Positions 1-9,060 of a stretch of 64,000 nucleotides of DNA are shown in pieces. The notes below the pieces were generated by a model, which did no database searches, was not told the DNA's origin, and saw nothing but the letters and a program-made list of their open reading frames with translations. Position numbers and translations under genes: made by a program. Source of the DNA: Miltoncostaeaceae bacterium (GTDB lineage Bacteria; Actinomycetota; Thermoleophilia; Miltoncostaeales; Miltoncostaeaceae); NCBI GenBank assembly GCA_963698665.1, contig CAVORO010000003.1, positions 1,311,831 to 1,375,830 of the forward strand, read 5' to 3'. How positions within the stretch are numbered: position 1 is the first letter of the stretch; each line of letters begins with the position of its first letter.

Positions 1-301
1 CGCCGCGACGACGACCACCAGCACCCCCCACCACGGGCCGAACAGGAATCCGGCCGCGACGGTGAGGACCGCCGCCGAGAACAAGAGCAGCGGGCGGACG
101 AGGTAGACCGCGATGAAGACGAGCGCGCCCGCATGTGCTGCCCTTGATCGCATCGACCAGGTCCGTCGCGGCCTCCGCCGGCGTGACGCCGCGCGCGAGC
201 GCCCAGGCCTGGAACGCGCCGACGATGACAAGCCACACACCGGCGACGGCGAAGCGCTGCCACCTGCGTCGCCGGGCGCGGGCGCGCTCGGCGTCGATCA
301 C
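1..301 (-). CDS. TVP38/TMEM64 (DedA-related) family membrane protein, 5' part only (runs off the left edge); apparent 1-nt frame break near 137-142
   Basis: My minus-strand translation from GTG 301 reads VIDAERARARRRRWQRFAVAGVWLVIVGAFQAWALARGVTPAEAATDLVDAIKG. It continues sensibly only in the adjacent frame: AGALVFIAVYLVRPLLLFSAAVLTVAAGFLFGPWWGVLVVVVAA (family-typical G-x-LFGP core). The gene is edge-truncated, so it is absent from the ORF track. Confidence 0.45.
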   Translation of the reverse strand, partial: MIDAERARARRRRWQRFAVAGVWLVIVGAFQAWALARGVTPAEAATDLVDAIKGSTCGRARLHRGLPRPPAALVLGGGPHRRGRIPVRPVVGGAGGRRRG

Positions 302-318
302 GGCCGCCTCGCCCCCGA

Positions 319-939
319 TCACGACGCGCCCCGCAGCTCGCGGGTCGCCCAGTGCGCTCGCTGCGCGGCCGAGACCGCCACGAGCGCCGCCATCACCGGG
401 ACGATCACGATCGCCCAGTCCGGAACGGCCAGGATCAGCGCGAAGAGAAGGATCGTCTCGGCGCCCTCGATCAGGCCCCGTGGCATCGTCACGGCCGTCT
501 GCTCGCCGCGCGCGCTCGCGCCGCGCCCGCGTCGCTCGAGCAGCGCCGACAGGTAGGTCCACGACACGGCGTTCACGTAGAACGCGCCCAGGAGGAGCGC
601 CGTCGCCGCCCAGATGCCCTCGCCGCCGACGTTGATCGCGACGCCGAGGGGGATCGCGGTGTAGACGACGACGTCGAGCAAGAAGTCGAGGTAGCCGCCG
701 AGATCGGATGCCGTGTCGTCTCGACGGGCGAGCGCCCCATCCATTCCGTCCAGCACCCGGCTGCCCAGCCAGAGGGCGAGGGCCGCGAGCACCCACCCGC
801 CCGCCGCGGCGCCGGCCGCGCCGAGTCCCACGACGGCCGCGCACGCGGTGATCGCGAGCGGCGGCACTCCGGCGGGGACCACCGCCACGAGCGGCCGCAG
901 GACGGCATCCTTTGCGGGGCGAAGCACATGGTCGATCAC
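319..939 (-). CDS. CDP-alcohol phosphatidyltransferase family protein
   Basis: The C-terminal ~206 aa of ORF 319..1368 carry the family signature DGxxAR..G...D...D (DGMDGALARRDDTASDLGGYLDFLLDVVVY) and several TM helices. The upstream part of the ORF is Arg/Pro-rich shadow sequence, so I set the start at GTG 939 (VIDHVLRP...). The start is uncertain. Confidence 0.8.
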   Translation of the reverse strand: MIDHVLRPAKDAVLRPLVAVVPAGVPPLAITACAAVVGLGAAGAAAGGWVLAALALWLGSRVLDGMDGALARRDDTASDLGGYLDFLLDVVVYTAIPLGVAINVGGEGIWAATALLLGAFYVNAVSWTYLSALLERRGRGASARGEQTAVTMPRGLIEGAETILLFALILAVPDWAIVIVPVMAALVAVSAAQRAHWATRELRGAS

Positions 940-1074
940 CGAGAGCGAGGATGGCACGTGCCGTGTGCCGGACGCGCGTCCGACGCCGGGTCGGCGGGGA
1001 GGTTTAAGCGTGTCGCAAGAGACGCCCCGCCTCGCCGTGTCCGATGCCCTGATCACCGTTTTCGACGAAAGCAG

Positions 1075-1115
1075 TCTCCGGTCATCGATGACCGGAGAGT
1101 GTTCGTGCGCGAACA
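1075..1115. promoter_or_regulatory. Two adjacent palindromes in a divergent intergenic region: the 24-bp perfect palindrome TCTCCGGTCATCGATGACCGGAGA (1075-1098) and TGTTCG-N4-CGAACA (1100-1115)
   Basis: Read directly, with both arms checked base by base. The site lies ~100 bp upstream of ATG 1199 and ~135 bp upstream of the divergent GTG 939. No gene ends here and there is no T-tract, so an operator is more likely than a terminator. Confidence 0.5.
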
Positions 1116-1198
1116 TACGCCGAGGTGGGGTTCGGACGTCGGCGTACGGTCGTCCGGCGGGAGCGCCCGCGCGGCGACGGTGAAGGGGAGGCGCGATC

Positions 1199-1432
1199 AT
1201 GACGAGACCCGACGGTTGGGCCGGTGGGCGGCGTCCGGTCGAGGAGGGGTGCGCACGCGACGCGGCGGGTGTGACGAAGGCGCCCGCGCCGCTGGCGGTC
1301 GCGACGAGCGATCCGGTCGCCTGCCGCGGATGTGGCGCGACCTTCGGCCGCGGCGCCGACGCCGGCACGGTGTGCCCGTACTGCGGCGGATCGTTGGCGC
1401 GGGTCGCGCCCGGCGGCGGAGGGGGGTCGTGA
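1199..1432 (+). CDS. Small zinc-ribbon protein (77 aa), unknown function
   Basis: An AAGGGGAGG Shine-Dalgarno sits ~8 nt before ATG 1199. The protein has a four-Cys signature, CRGC-x13-CPYC. Its stop TGA 1430-1432 overlaps GTG 1429 of the next gene (GTGA). Confidence 0.55.
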   Translation: MTRPDGWAGGRRPVEEGCARDAAGVTKAPAPLAVATSDPVACRGCGATFGRGADAGTVCPYCGGSLARVAPGGGGGS

Positions 1433-2166
1433 GCAGACGGGGTGTCGTGGCCGGGCGCCTGGGGGCCACGGATCTGCTGGCCGGGCTCTCAGCGCTCGAG
1501 CGCCACGGTGCGATGGCCGTGCTCATGCGCGGCCCCATGGCGAAGTGGGTCGCGGGCTCCTCGGGTCCGCTCCACACCGGCTCGGCCGGGCTGTCGCTCG
1601 TCAAGTCGGGGCTCGTCGAGATGGTCGCGACGACCGAGGACGGCCGTGAGGTCGTCCTCGCCGAGGCCGCCGACGGCGAGGTCCTGACCTGTCCGCCCGG
1701 CGGGCTGGAGGAGGACGCGGTCGTGATGCACGCCGTCCACGATTCATGGGTCTGTCCGCTCGATCACTCCCACCTGCGGGAACTGGTCCGCTATCCGTCG
1801 GTGCTGGCGGGGCTGCTGGAGCAGAGCGTGCGTCGCGTCGAGGAGGCCCAGGCGGCGGCGCTCCGCCTGGCCCACCGGCGCGTCGAGGACCGTGTGCTGC
1901 TGGCGCTCCGGGCACTCGCCGCGCGTGACGGCCGTGTGACCACGGACGGTGTGCGCATCGGCCCGGTGCGCCACCGCGACCTCGCCCGTGTCGCGAGCGT
2001 CACGCGGCCCGGGGCCACGCAGGCCCTGGCCCACCTGGAGCGCGAGGGGCACGTGCTCCGCCGCGACGACGGATCGCTCGTCCTGGTCGGAGGGGTCGGC
2101 GCGGAGACGAGTTGCCGGCGCGCGTCCCAGGTGCCGGCCGCGCTCGCCCGGGTCGTGAAGGGATGA
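1429..2166 (+). CDS. Crp/Fnr family transcriptional regulator
   Basis: This is the C-terminal 245 aa of ORF 352..2166. It has a cNMP-binding-like N-domain and a C-terminal HTH (RDLARVASVTRPGATQALAHLEREGHV). GGAGGGGGG lies just upstream of GTG 1429. Confidence 0.8.
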   Translation: MSRRGVVAGRLGATDLLAGLSALERHGAMAVLMRGPMAKWVAGSSGPLHTGSAGLSLVKSGLVEMVATTEDGREVVLAEAADGEVLTCPPGGLEEDAVVMHAVHDSWVCPLDHSHLRELVRYPSVLAGLLEQSVRRVEEAQAAALRLAHRRVEDRVLLALRALAARDGRVTTDGVRIGPVRHRDLARVASVTRPGATQALAHLEREGHVLRRDDGSLVLVGGVGAETSCRRASQVPAALARVVKG

Positions 2167-3593
2167 GCGCCGGCGATCCTCCGCCGCGGGACCGACCGCG
2201 GACCGAGGGCCGACGGCCGCGCCACGACACCGATCTGATCGTCATCGGGGCGGGCATGGCCGGTATGAACGCCGCCGCGCGCGCGGTCGCCGCCGGTCGG
2301 CGCGTCACCCTGATCGAGCGCGGGCGCGTCGGCGGCACCTGCCCGACGCGCGGCTGCATACCGACGAAGGCGCTCATCCGGAGCGCCGAGGTCGCGCACG
2401 AGGCGCGGCGCGCCGGCGAGTTCGGCATCCGCGTGGGCGAGGTCGAGGTCGACTTCGCCGCGGTCATGGATCGGGTCCGCGGCATCATCGACCGGGGCTC
2501 GGCGGGTGCCCGGGCATACCTGGAGTCGCTCGAGGGCCTCGAGCTGGTGCTGGGCGAGGCGTCCTTCGAGGACGGGCGCACCGTGCGCGTCGACGGCCGC
2601 GTCGTCTCGGCGCCCGCGGTGATCGTGGCGACGGGCGCGGAGCCCGCGCGCGTCCCGGTCCCGGGACTCGACTCGACGCCGCACATGACGAGCGACGACG
2701 TCCTGGCGAGCTCCGAGCTTCCCGCGAGGCTGCTCGTGATCGGGGCGGGCCCGATCGCGCTCGAGCTCGGTCAGGCGCTCGGCCGACTGGGCGCGTCGGT
2801 GACCCTCGTCGAGGTCGCGCCGCGGCTCATGCCCGACGTCGACGGGGAGCTGACGGACGGACTCGGTGAGCTTCTGGCCGAGGAGGGAATCGAGATCCTC
2901 ACGGGTGTGCGAATCGAGCTCGTCGAGCCCGCGGGCGACGGGGTGCGGATGCGGATCGTCGCGGCGGACGGCGAACGGGTGCTGGAGGGCGACGCGCTCC
3001 TGGTCGCGACCGGCCGGTCCGCGGCGGTCGACGCCCTCGGGCTCGACGCCGCCGGCGTCGCCGGCGACGAGCGGGGCGTGCACGTCGACGCCCGGCTCGC
3101 CACAACCGCGCCCACGGTCTGGGCGGCGGGCGACGTGCTCGGTCCCAACTGGGGTCAGTTCACCCACATCGCACGCCGTCAGGGGGTGAGCGTCGCCCAG
3201 AACGCGCTCGGCGTCGACGTCCACGACGTTCCGCGCGACCTCGGCCCGCGGGCGGTGTTCACCGATCCGGAGCTCGTCACGATCGGGAGCACGGAGGCCG
3301 CGGCACGAGCGGCGGGACACGACGTCGTGGTCGGCCGGGGCACGTTCTCGGGCGGGAAGGCGCGGGCATGGGGCGAGGAGCGGGGCATGGTCAAGATCGT
3401 GGCCGACCGGGCGACGGGACGGCTGCTGGGCGCGGGTGTGCTCGCGTACCACGGCGCCGATCTCATCCATCCGGTGGCGGTCGCGATGGAGGCGGGGGAC
3501 GGGACCGGCGACCCCGTCGCGCGGGCCCTGCACGTGCACCCCACGCTCGGGGAGGTGGTCAAGTCCGCCGTGGAGGCCGCGGGGCGGGGGTGA
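2163..3593 (+). CDS. Class I pyridine nucleotide-disulfide oxidoreductase (dihydrolipoamide dehydrogenase / mycothione-reductase-like)
   Basis: FAD motif DLIVIGAGMAGMNAA, redox-active disulfide GGTCPTRGCIPTK, NAD motif LLVIGAGPIALE, and a C-terminal dimerisation region ending HVHPTLGEV. ATG 2163 overlaps the Crp stop (ATGA). Confidence 0.85.
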   Translation: MSAGDPPPRDRPRTEGRRPRHDTDLIVIGAGMAGMNAAARAVAAGRRVTLIERGRVGGTCPTRGCIPTKALIRSAEVAHEARRAGEFGIRVGEVEVDFAAVMDRVRGIIDRGSAGARAYLESLEGLELVLGEASFEDGRTVRVDGRVVSAPAVIVATGAEPARVPVPGLDSTPHMTSDDVLASSELPARLLVIGAGPIALELGQALGRLGASVTLVEVAPRLMPDVDGELTDGLGELLAEEGIEILTGVRIELVEPAGDGVRMRIVAADGERVLEGDALLVATGRSAAVDALGLDAAGVAGDERGVHVDARLATTAPTVWAAGDVLGPNWGQFTHIARRQGVSVAQNALGVDVHDVPRDLGPRAVFTDPELVTIGSTEAAARAAGHDVVVGRGTFSGGKARAWGEERGMVKIVADRATGRLLGAGVLAYHGADLIHPVAVAMEAGDGTGDPVARALHVHPTLGEVVKSAVEAAGRG

Positions 3594-3611
3594 CGCCGCC
3601 GCCGCCGGCCC

Positions 3612-3860
3612 TCAGTCGATCCGGGTGACCGCGGTCCGCCGGGCGGCGATGTAGCCGAGGCTCGAGACGACCCACGGCACCGCGTAGTTGGCGGCGATCC
3701 GTCCCAGCGTGAGCGTGTCGACGTCTCCCGCCGACAGTCTGTCGCCCAGGTTGATCAGCGTGAGCAGTGTCCCGACGACGAGGGCGATCGTGACCGTCCG
3801 CCGCATCGCCCATCGGTCGCGTACGTGCTCGACGCACGACCTCGCGACCGATGGGCTCAT
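3612..3860 (-). CDS. Small two-TM membrane protein, NrtS-like (weak family call)
   Basis: 82 aa from ATG 3860: MSPSVARSCVEHVRDRWAMRRTVTIALVVGTLLTLINLGD...ANYAVPWVVSSLGYIAA. The family assignment is from memory only. Confidence 0.5.
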   Translation of the reverse strand: MSPSVARSCVEHVRDRWAMRRTVTIALVVGTLLTLINLGDRLSAGDVDTLTLGRIAANYAVPWVVSSLGYIAARRTAVTRID

Positions 3861-4041
3861 GCCCTGACACCTGTCGTCCGGGGGGTGCGCGGGGGTGGGG
3901 TCGATCGCATGTGCACCCTTGTACACCCTCGCCGGGCCCGCCCGGTTTCCCCCGCGCCGTGCGCGGACCACGACCCGGCCGCGGGCGCACGGCGACCCCG
4001 GGTGCCGGTACACTCACGGCCGTGAGGTTGCGGGGACGCCG

Positions 4042-5685
4042 GTGACAGACACCACGACGCGCTACGTCTTCGTGACGGGAGGCGTCGTCTCCAGCCTCGG
4101 CAAGGGGATCTCCGCCGCATCCCTTGGCACGTTGCTGAAGGCGCGCGGCGTCTCGGTGACGCTCCAGAAGTGCGATCCCTACCTCAACGTGGACCCGGGC
4201 ACGATGAGCCCGTACCAGCACGGCGAGGTCTACGTCACCGACGACGGGGCCGAGACCGACCTCGACCTGGGCCACTACGAGCGGTTCACCGACGAGCGGC
4301 TGACGCGCATCAGCAACGTCACGACCGGCTCCGTCTACGACTCGGTGATCAAGAAGGAGCGCCGGGGCGACTTCCTCGGGGCGACCATCCAGGTCATCCC
4401 GCACGTCACGGACGAGATCAAGGCGCGCATCCGTCAGGTGGCGGCGACGAGCGGCGCCCAGGTCGTGATCGTCGAGATCGGGGGGACCGTCGGCGACATC
4501 GAGTCGTTGCCCTTCCTCGAGGCGATCCGCCAGATGCGCAACGACGTCGGCCGCGAGCACGTCGCGTTCGTGCACGTCACGCTCGTGCCCTATCTCGACT
4601 CGGTCGGCGAGCTGAAGACCAAGACGACCCAGCACTCGGTCAACGAGCTGCGTCGCATCGGCATCGAGCCCGACATCCTGGTGCTTCGCTCGAACCGTCC
4701 ATTGACGCAGGACGTGCGCAAGAAGATCGCCCTCTACGGCGGCGTGCCCGAGGACGCGGTGATCTCGGCGACCGACGCCGACGACATCTACGAGGTGCCG
4801 CTCCGGCTGGACCAGGAGGGCTTCGACCGCGTCGTCTGCCGTCGCCTCGGCCTCTCGCCGGCGCCCTCCGACCTGGCCGACTGGCGCCGGCTCGTCGACC
4901 GCATCCACGGTCTCGACGGCAGGGTCCGGATCGCGCTGGTCGGCAAGTACGTCGCCCTCCGCGACGCCTACCTCTCCGTGGCCGAGGCGCTCAAGCACGC
5001 CGGCATCCACCTTGGCGTCGAGGTCGAGATCGACTGGCTCGACGCGGAGGAGGCCGGGCTCGAGGGCGCGCTCGAGCGCGCGGACGGCATCCTCGTCCCT
5101 GGCGGCTTCGGCGGTCGCGGCATCGAGGGCAAGATCACGGCGGCCCGCTTCGCGCGCGAGAACGGCGTCCCCTACCTGGGGATCTGCCTCGGGATGCAGA
5201 TCGCCGTCGTGGAGTTCGCGCGCAACGTGTGCGGGATGGAGGGCGCGAACTCCTCCGAGTTCGATCCGGAGACGCCGTATCCGGTGATCGACCTCCTTCC
5301 CGAGCAGCGTCAGATCGAGGACCGAGGGGGCACGATGCGGCTCGGGAGCGGCCCCGTGCACTTGGTCGAGGGCACGCGCGCCCACGCGGCCTACGGAGGG
5401 GCGCCGGTCGTCTACGAGCGGCACCGGCACCGGTACGAGGTCAACCCGTCGCTGCGCCCGACGCTCGAGGAGGCCGGCCTGCTGGTCTCGGGCCGCTCGC
5501 ACGACACACGGCTGGTCGAGGTGATCGAGCTGCCGACGCACCCCTTCTTCGTCGCATCCCAGTTCCACCCCGAGTTCACCAGCCGCCCGACGCGTCCGGG
5601 CCCGCTGTTCCGCGAGTTCGTGGGCGCCGCAGCCGCCGCGCTGGGCCTCGAGACCGGCATCGCGACGGCGACCGGGGGGTCGTGA
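4042..5685 (+). CDS. pyrG: CTP synthase
   Basis: [24 protein letters not shown] at the N-terminus and a GATase domain with GICLGMQ. Start set at GTG 4042 within ORF 3895..5685. Confidence 0.95.
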   Translation: MTDTTTRYVFVTGGVVSSLGKGISAASLGTLLKARGVSVTLQKCDPYLNVDPGTMSPYQHGEVYVTDDGAETDLDLGHYERFTDERLTRISNVTTGSVYDSVIKKERRGDFLGATIQVIPHVTDEIKARIRQVAATSGAQVVIVEIGGTVGDIESLPFLEAIRQMRNDVGREHVAFVHVTLVPYLDSVGELKTKTTQHSVNELRRIGIEPDILVLRSNRPLTQDVRKKIALYGGVPEDAVISATDADDIYEVPLRLDQEGFDRVVCRRLGLSPAPSDLADWRRLVDRIHGLDGRVRIALVGKYVALRDAYLSVAEALKHAGIHLGVEVEIDWLDAEEAGLEGALERADGILVPGGFGGRGIEGKITAARFARENGVPYLGICLGMQIAVVEFARNVCGMEGANSSEFDPETPYPVIDLLPEQRQIEDRGGTMRLGSGPVHLVEGTRAHAAYGGAPVVYERHRHRYEVNPSLRPTLEEAGLLVSGRSHDTRLVEVIELPTHPFFVASQFHPEFTSRPTRPGPLFREFVGAAAAALGLETGIATATGGS

Positions 5686-6815
5686 GCGCCGCCGGCCTGC
5701 CCGGCGACCTCCCGTCGGTCGCACGTCTCGCGGCGCGCCTGTGCGAGATCCCCTCTCCGTCGCGCGACGAGGGTGACATCGCGCGCGTCGTGCGCGACGA
5801 GGTGGCGGCCCTCGGCGCCGAGGTCAGCGAGGACGATGCCGCCGCCAGGATCGGCGCCGGGTGCGGGAACATCGTCGCGCGCTGGCCCGCGACCGCGGCG
5901 GGCGGTACGCCGGTCGCGTTCATCACCCACCTCGACACCGTGCCGAACGTCGGCCCCATCGAGGTCGAGCTCGTCGACGGGCACCTGACCAACCGCCACC
6001 CGACGATCCTCGGCGGCGACGACAAGGCCGCGGTCGCCGCCGTCATCACGGCGATGGACCGAGTGCGCGCGGAGGGCCGTCCCCATGCCGGGGTCGAGTT
6101 GGTCTTCACCCCCTGTGAGGAGATCGGGCTCAGGGGGGCGGCCGCGTTCGACCCGGCGGTGCTGCGGGCCGAGGTCGGCTTCGTCTACGACCACACCGGC
6201 CGCATCGGCGACATCGTCGAGGCCGCGCCCACCCTGTCGAGCCTCGAGGCGACGTTCGTCGGCCGGGCCGCCCACGCCGGCATCGCGCCGGAGCGGGGCC
6301 GAAGCGCCATCACCGCCGCGGCGCGGGCGATCGCCCGGATGCCGCTCGGACGCATCGACCCGGTGACGACCGCCAACATCGGCACGGTCACCGGCGGAAC
6401 CGCCACGAACGTCGTGGCGGATCGGTGCACCGTCACGGCCGAGGCGCGCAGCGTCGACGAGGCGCGACACGCGGCGCAGCTCACGGCGATGATGGACGCG
6501 CTCACGTGGGCGGCGAGCGAGTCGGAGGTCGATCTCGAGACCCGCGTCGACCGTCACTTCGTCGGCTACCGCCTCGGGCGCCGCGACCGCCAGGTGGTCA
6601 TGGCCTGGGACGCCCTCGACGCCCTCGGTCTCGCGCCCGCCTTCGTCGTGAGCGGCGGTGGATCCGACGTGAACGCGCTCCTCGTCAACGGGTTCCCGGC
6701 GGTGAACCTGTGCAACGCCATGGAGGCGGTGCACACGCCCGACGAGCGCATCGCGGTGGAGGCGCTCGAGCGCATGGTCGACGTCACCCTGGCCATCCTG
6801 GAGCGCGCCCGCTGA
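5682..6815 (+). CDS. M20 family metallopeptidase (peptidase T / tripeptidase-like)
   Basis: C-terminal 377 aa of ORF 4170..6815. Motifs: [31 protein letters not shown] 5682 overlaps the pyrG stop (GTGA). Confidence 0.85.
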   Translation: MSAAGLPGDLPSVARLAARLCEIPSPSRDEGDIARVVRDEVAALGAEVSEDDAAARIGAGCGNIVARWPATAAGGTPVAFITHLDTVPNVGPIEVELVDGHLTNRHPTILGGDDKAAVAAVITAMDRVRAEGRPHAGVELVFTPCEEIGLRGAAAFDPAVLRAEVGFVYDHTGRIGDIVEAAPTLSSLEATFVGRAAHAGIAPERGRSAITAAARAIARMPLGRIDPVTTANIGTVTGGTATNVVADRCTVTAEARSVDEARHAAQLTAMMDALTWAASESEVDLETRVDRHFVGYRLGRRDRQVVMAWDALDALGLAPAFVVSGGGSDVNALLVNGFPAVNLCNAMEAVHTPDERIAVEALERMVDVTLAILERAR

Positions 6816-6817
6816 GC

Positions 6818-7369
6818 GTGGACCCGCCGCCAGAGGGCGCGCTCGACCCCCCGGTCGAGACCGAGCGCATCTTCGATGGCGAGGTCGTCCGGCTGCGCGT
6901 CTCGCGCTACCGGCGGCCGTCGGGCGCCGTCGTGCGCCGTGAGGTCATGGACCACGACGGCGCGGTCGTGATGATCCCGGTGGAGGGCGCGCACGTGCTC
7001 ATGGTCCGCCAGCCGCGCGAGGCGGTCGAGCGGAACATGCTCGAGCTGCCGGCCGGAAAGCTGGACGTCCCCGGCGAGGACCCCCTCGAGTGCGCGCGCC
7101 GCGAACTCGCCGAGGAGGTGGGCCGGGCGGCGGACACCTGGCGCTCCCTGGGGGGCTTCTACACCGCCCCGGGGCTCCTGACCGAGTTCATCCATTGCTA
7201 CCTGGCCACCGACCTGCGGCCGATCGCGCACGAGCCGATCCCCGAGGAGGAGATCGAGATCGTCCCCTGGCCGCTGGCGGACCTCGATGCGCTGATCGCG
7301 CGCGTCGAGGACGCCAAGACCCTGATCGGCCTGCTGCGGCTCGCCCGCGAGGTGGACCGCCCCGGCTGA
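6818..7369 (+). CDS. NUDIX hydrolase (ADP-ribose pyrophosphatase-like)
   Basis: Nudix box GKLDVPGEDPLECARRELAEEVG. GTG 6818 lies 2 nt after the preceding stop. Confidence 0.85.
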   Translation: MDPPPEGALDPPVETERIFDGEVVRLRVSRYRRPSGAVVRREVMDHDGAVVMIPVEGAHVLMVRQPREAVERNMLELPAGKLDVPGEDPLECARRELAEEVGRAADTWRSLGGFYTAPGLLTEFIHCYLATDLRPIAHEPIPEEEIEIVPWPLADLDALIARVEDAKTLIGLLRLAREVDRPG

Positions 7370-7422
7370 TCGCCACGATCGTTTCAGCCGACGGCGTCGT
7401 CGGCCGATGTGGCCGTGCAACC

Positions 7423-8235
7423 ATGTCTCGCATGCCCGACACCGGCCTTCTCATGATCGACGGCGCCGTCGTCGATCCGGCGGACGCCGTCCTTCGCCTC
7501 GACGACGGCCTCGTGCGCGGCGACGCCGTGTTCGAGGGGCTCCGCGCCTACGCGGGGCGCGTCCGGACGCCCGGGCGCCATCTGGACCGCCTTGCGCGCT
7601 CCGCCGCCGCCATCGGCATGGACCTCGATCGCGTGGCGGTCGAGGCCGATCTCGCAACCGTCGAGGCGCGACTCGGCGACGTCGACGTGGGGGTGCGCAT
7701 CATCGTCACCCGCGGCGGGCAGCGCGTCCTGCGCGACGAGCCGTTGCCCGCGACCGGCGCCCCCTGGACGCTCGCGCCCGTCGCCCATCGGATCACCCCC
7801 CTGCTGTCGGCGAGCAAGACGGTCTCCTACGCGGCCAACATGCAGGCGAACCGCGTCGCCGCGGCCGCCGGTGCCGATCAGGCGCTCCTCGTACGGGCGG
7901 ACGACGACGCCGTGCTGGAGGGGCCGACGTTCTCGGTCGGCTGGGTCGTGGGAGAGGAGTTGCGCTTCCCGCCGCTGGCGCACGGGATCCTCGACTCGAT
8001 CACGCGCCGCCTCGTGTTCGAGTGCGTCGAGGGCGTGCGCGAGGTCGACGCGCGCGTCGGCGACCTGGCCGAGGTCGACGGGCTGCTCGTGGTCTCGACG
8101 GTGACCGAGTCCGTCCCGGTCGCGGCGCTCGTCGGGGTCGGCGCCTACGACCCCGAGGGCAGGCGGATCCGGGAGATCCGAGCCGCGCTCGCCGAGCGCG
8201 TCCGTTCCGACGTCGGCCTCGCAGGGGTCGCGTGA
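7423..8235 (+). CDS. Class IV aminotransferase (branched-chain amino acid aminotransferase / ADC lyase family)
   Basis: C-terminal 270 aa of ORF 7090..8235 from ATG 7423. Family-like blocks: RGDAVFEGLRAY, HLDRLARSA, SKTVSYAANM, EGPTFSV. Confidence 0.8.
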   Translation: MSRMPDTGLLMIDGAVVDPADAVLRLDDGLVRGDAVFEGLRAYAGRVRTPGRHLDRLARSAAAIGMDLDRVAVEADLATVEARLGDVDVGVRIIVTRGGQRVLRDEPLPATGAPWTLAPVAHRITPLLSASKTVSYAANMQANRVAAAAGADQALLVRADDDAVLEGPTFSVGWVVGEELRFPPLAHGILDSITRRLVFECVEGVREVDARVGDLAEVDGLLVVSTVTESVPVAALVGVGAYDPEGRRIREIRAALAERVRSDVGLAGVA

Positions 8236-8281
8236 GGGCGTCGTCAGTGCCGTCCGAGCCGCCCCGTAGGCTGCCCGACCC

Positions 8282-8944
8282 ATGAGCCCAACAGCAATCA
8301 TCGGCGAGACCTGGGACCTCTACAAGCGGTTCTTCGGTCACTTCGCAAGCGTCGGACTGACGGTCTACGTCGTCGTGGCGGTCATCGTCCTCGTCCTCTC
8401 GTTCCTCGGCCTCTTCGGCCTGCTCCTCGGCCAGATCGTGGTGATCGTCGGCAGCTTCCTGCTGACCGGCGCGCTCGTCACCGCGGTCGGCGACGTCCGC
8501 GACGGCCGCGTCGACCTGAGCGTCGGCGAGACCCTCTCCGCGGCGGTGCCGTTCCTCGGCGCCCTGCTCGTGGCCGGGATCCTCGCCGGCATCGCCATCG
8601 GGATCGGCCTGCTGATCCTGATCGTGCCCGGCGTCATCCTCGCGACGATCTGGTACGTCATCGCTCCTGCGATCGTGCTCGAGCGAACCGGTTGGTCGGC
8701 CAGCTTCGGCCGCAGCATGGCGTTGGTGAAGGGGTACTTCCTGCCGGTCCTCGGCGTCCTGGTGCTGACGATCCTGATCGTCATCGCCGCGGGGATCGTG
8801 ATCGGCCTCATCCTCGCTCCGTTGCCCGACTGGCTCGCCAGCTTCATCGCGACGATCGTGCAGGGCGCCGTGTTCGCGCCCTTCGCCGCGGTCGCCGTCA
8901 CGCTGACCTACTACCGGCTGAAGGAGCTCGAGGGCGGGGCGTGA
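8282..8944 (+). CDS. Integral membrane protein (about 5-6 TM), unknown function
   Basis: Clean 220-aa ORF with strongly hydrophobic segments and high third-position GC. No family recognised with confidence. Confidence 0.7.
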   Translation: MSPTAIIGETWDLYKRFFGHFASVGLTVYVVVAVIVLVLSFLGLFGLLLGQIVVIVGSFLLTGALVTAVGDVRDGRVDLSVGETLSAAVPFLGALLVAGILAGIAIGIGLLILIVPGVILATIWYVIAPAIVLERTGWSASFGRSMALVKGYFLPVLGVLVLTILIVIAAGIVIGLILAPLPDWLASFIATIVQGAVFAPFAAVAVTLTYYRLKELEGGA

Positions 8945-9060
8945 GCCCACGGGTCGGCACGGCGAGGTGACGCCACCGGGCTACCCGCGGTGGCAGTCCG
9001 CGCCGGCCACCCTGCCCCACATCGAGCGCCAGAAGGCAAGTCGCGACGCCACATCCCCCC

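Noticed and set aside
1791-3539. 582-aa minus-strand ORF opposite the disulfide oxidoreductase
   Set aside because: Its Arg/Pro/Asp-rich composition is typical of antisense reading in a high-GC gene. The plus-strand product has clear FAD/NAD/CxxxxC motifs.
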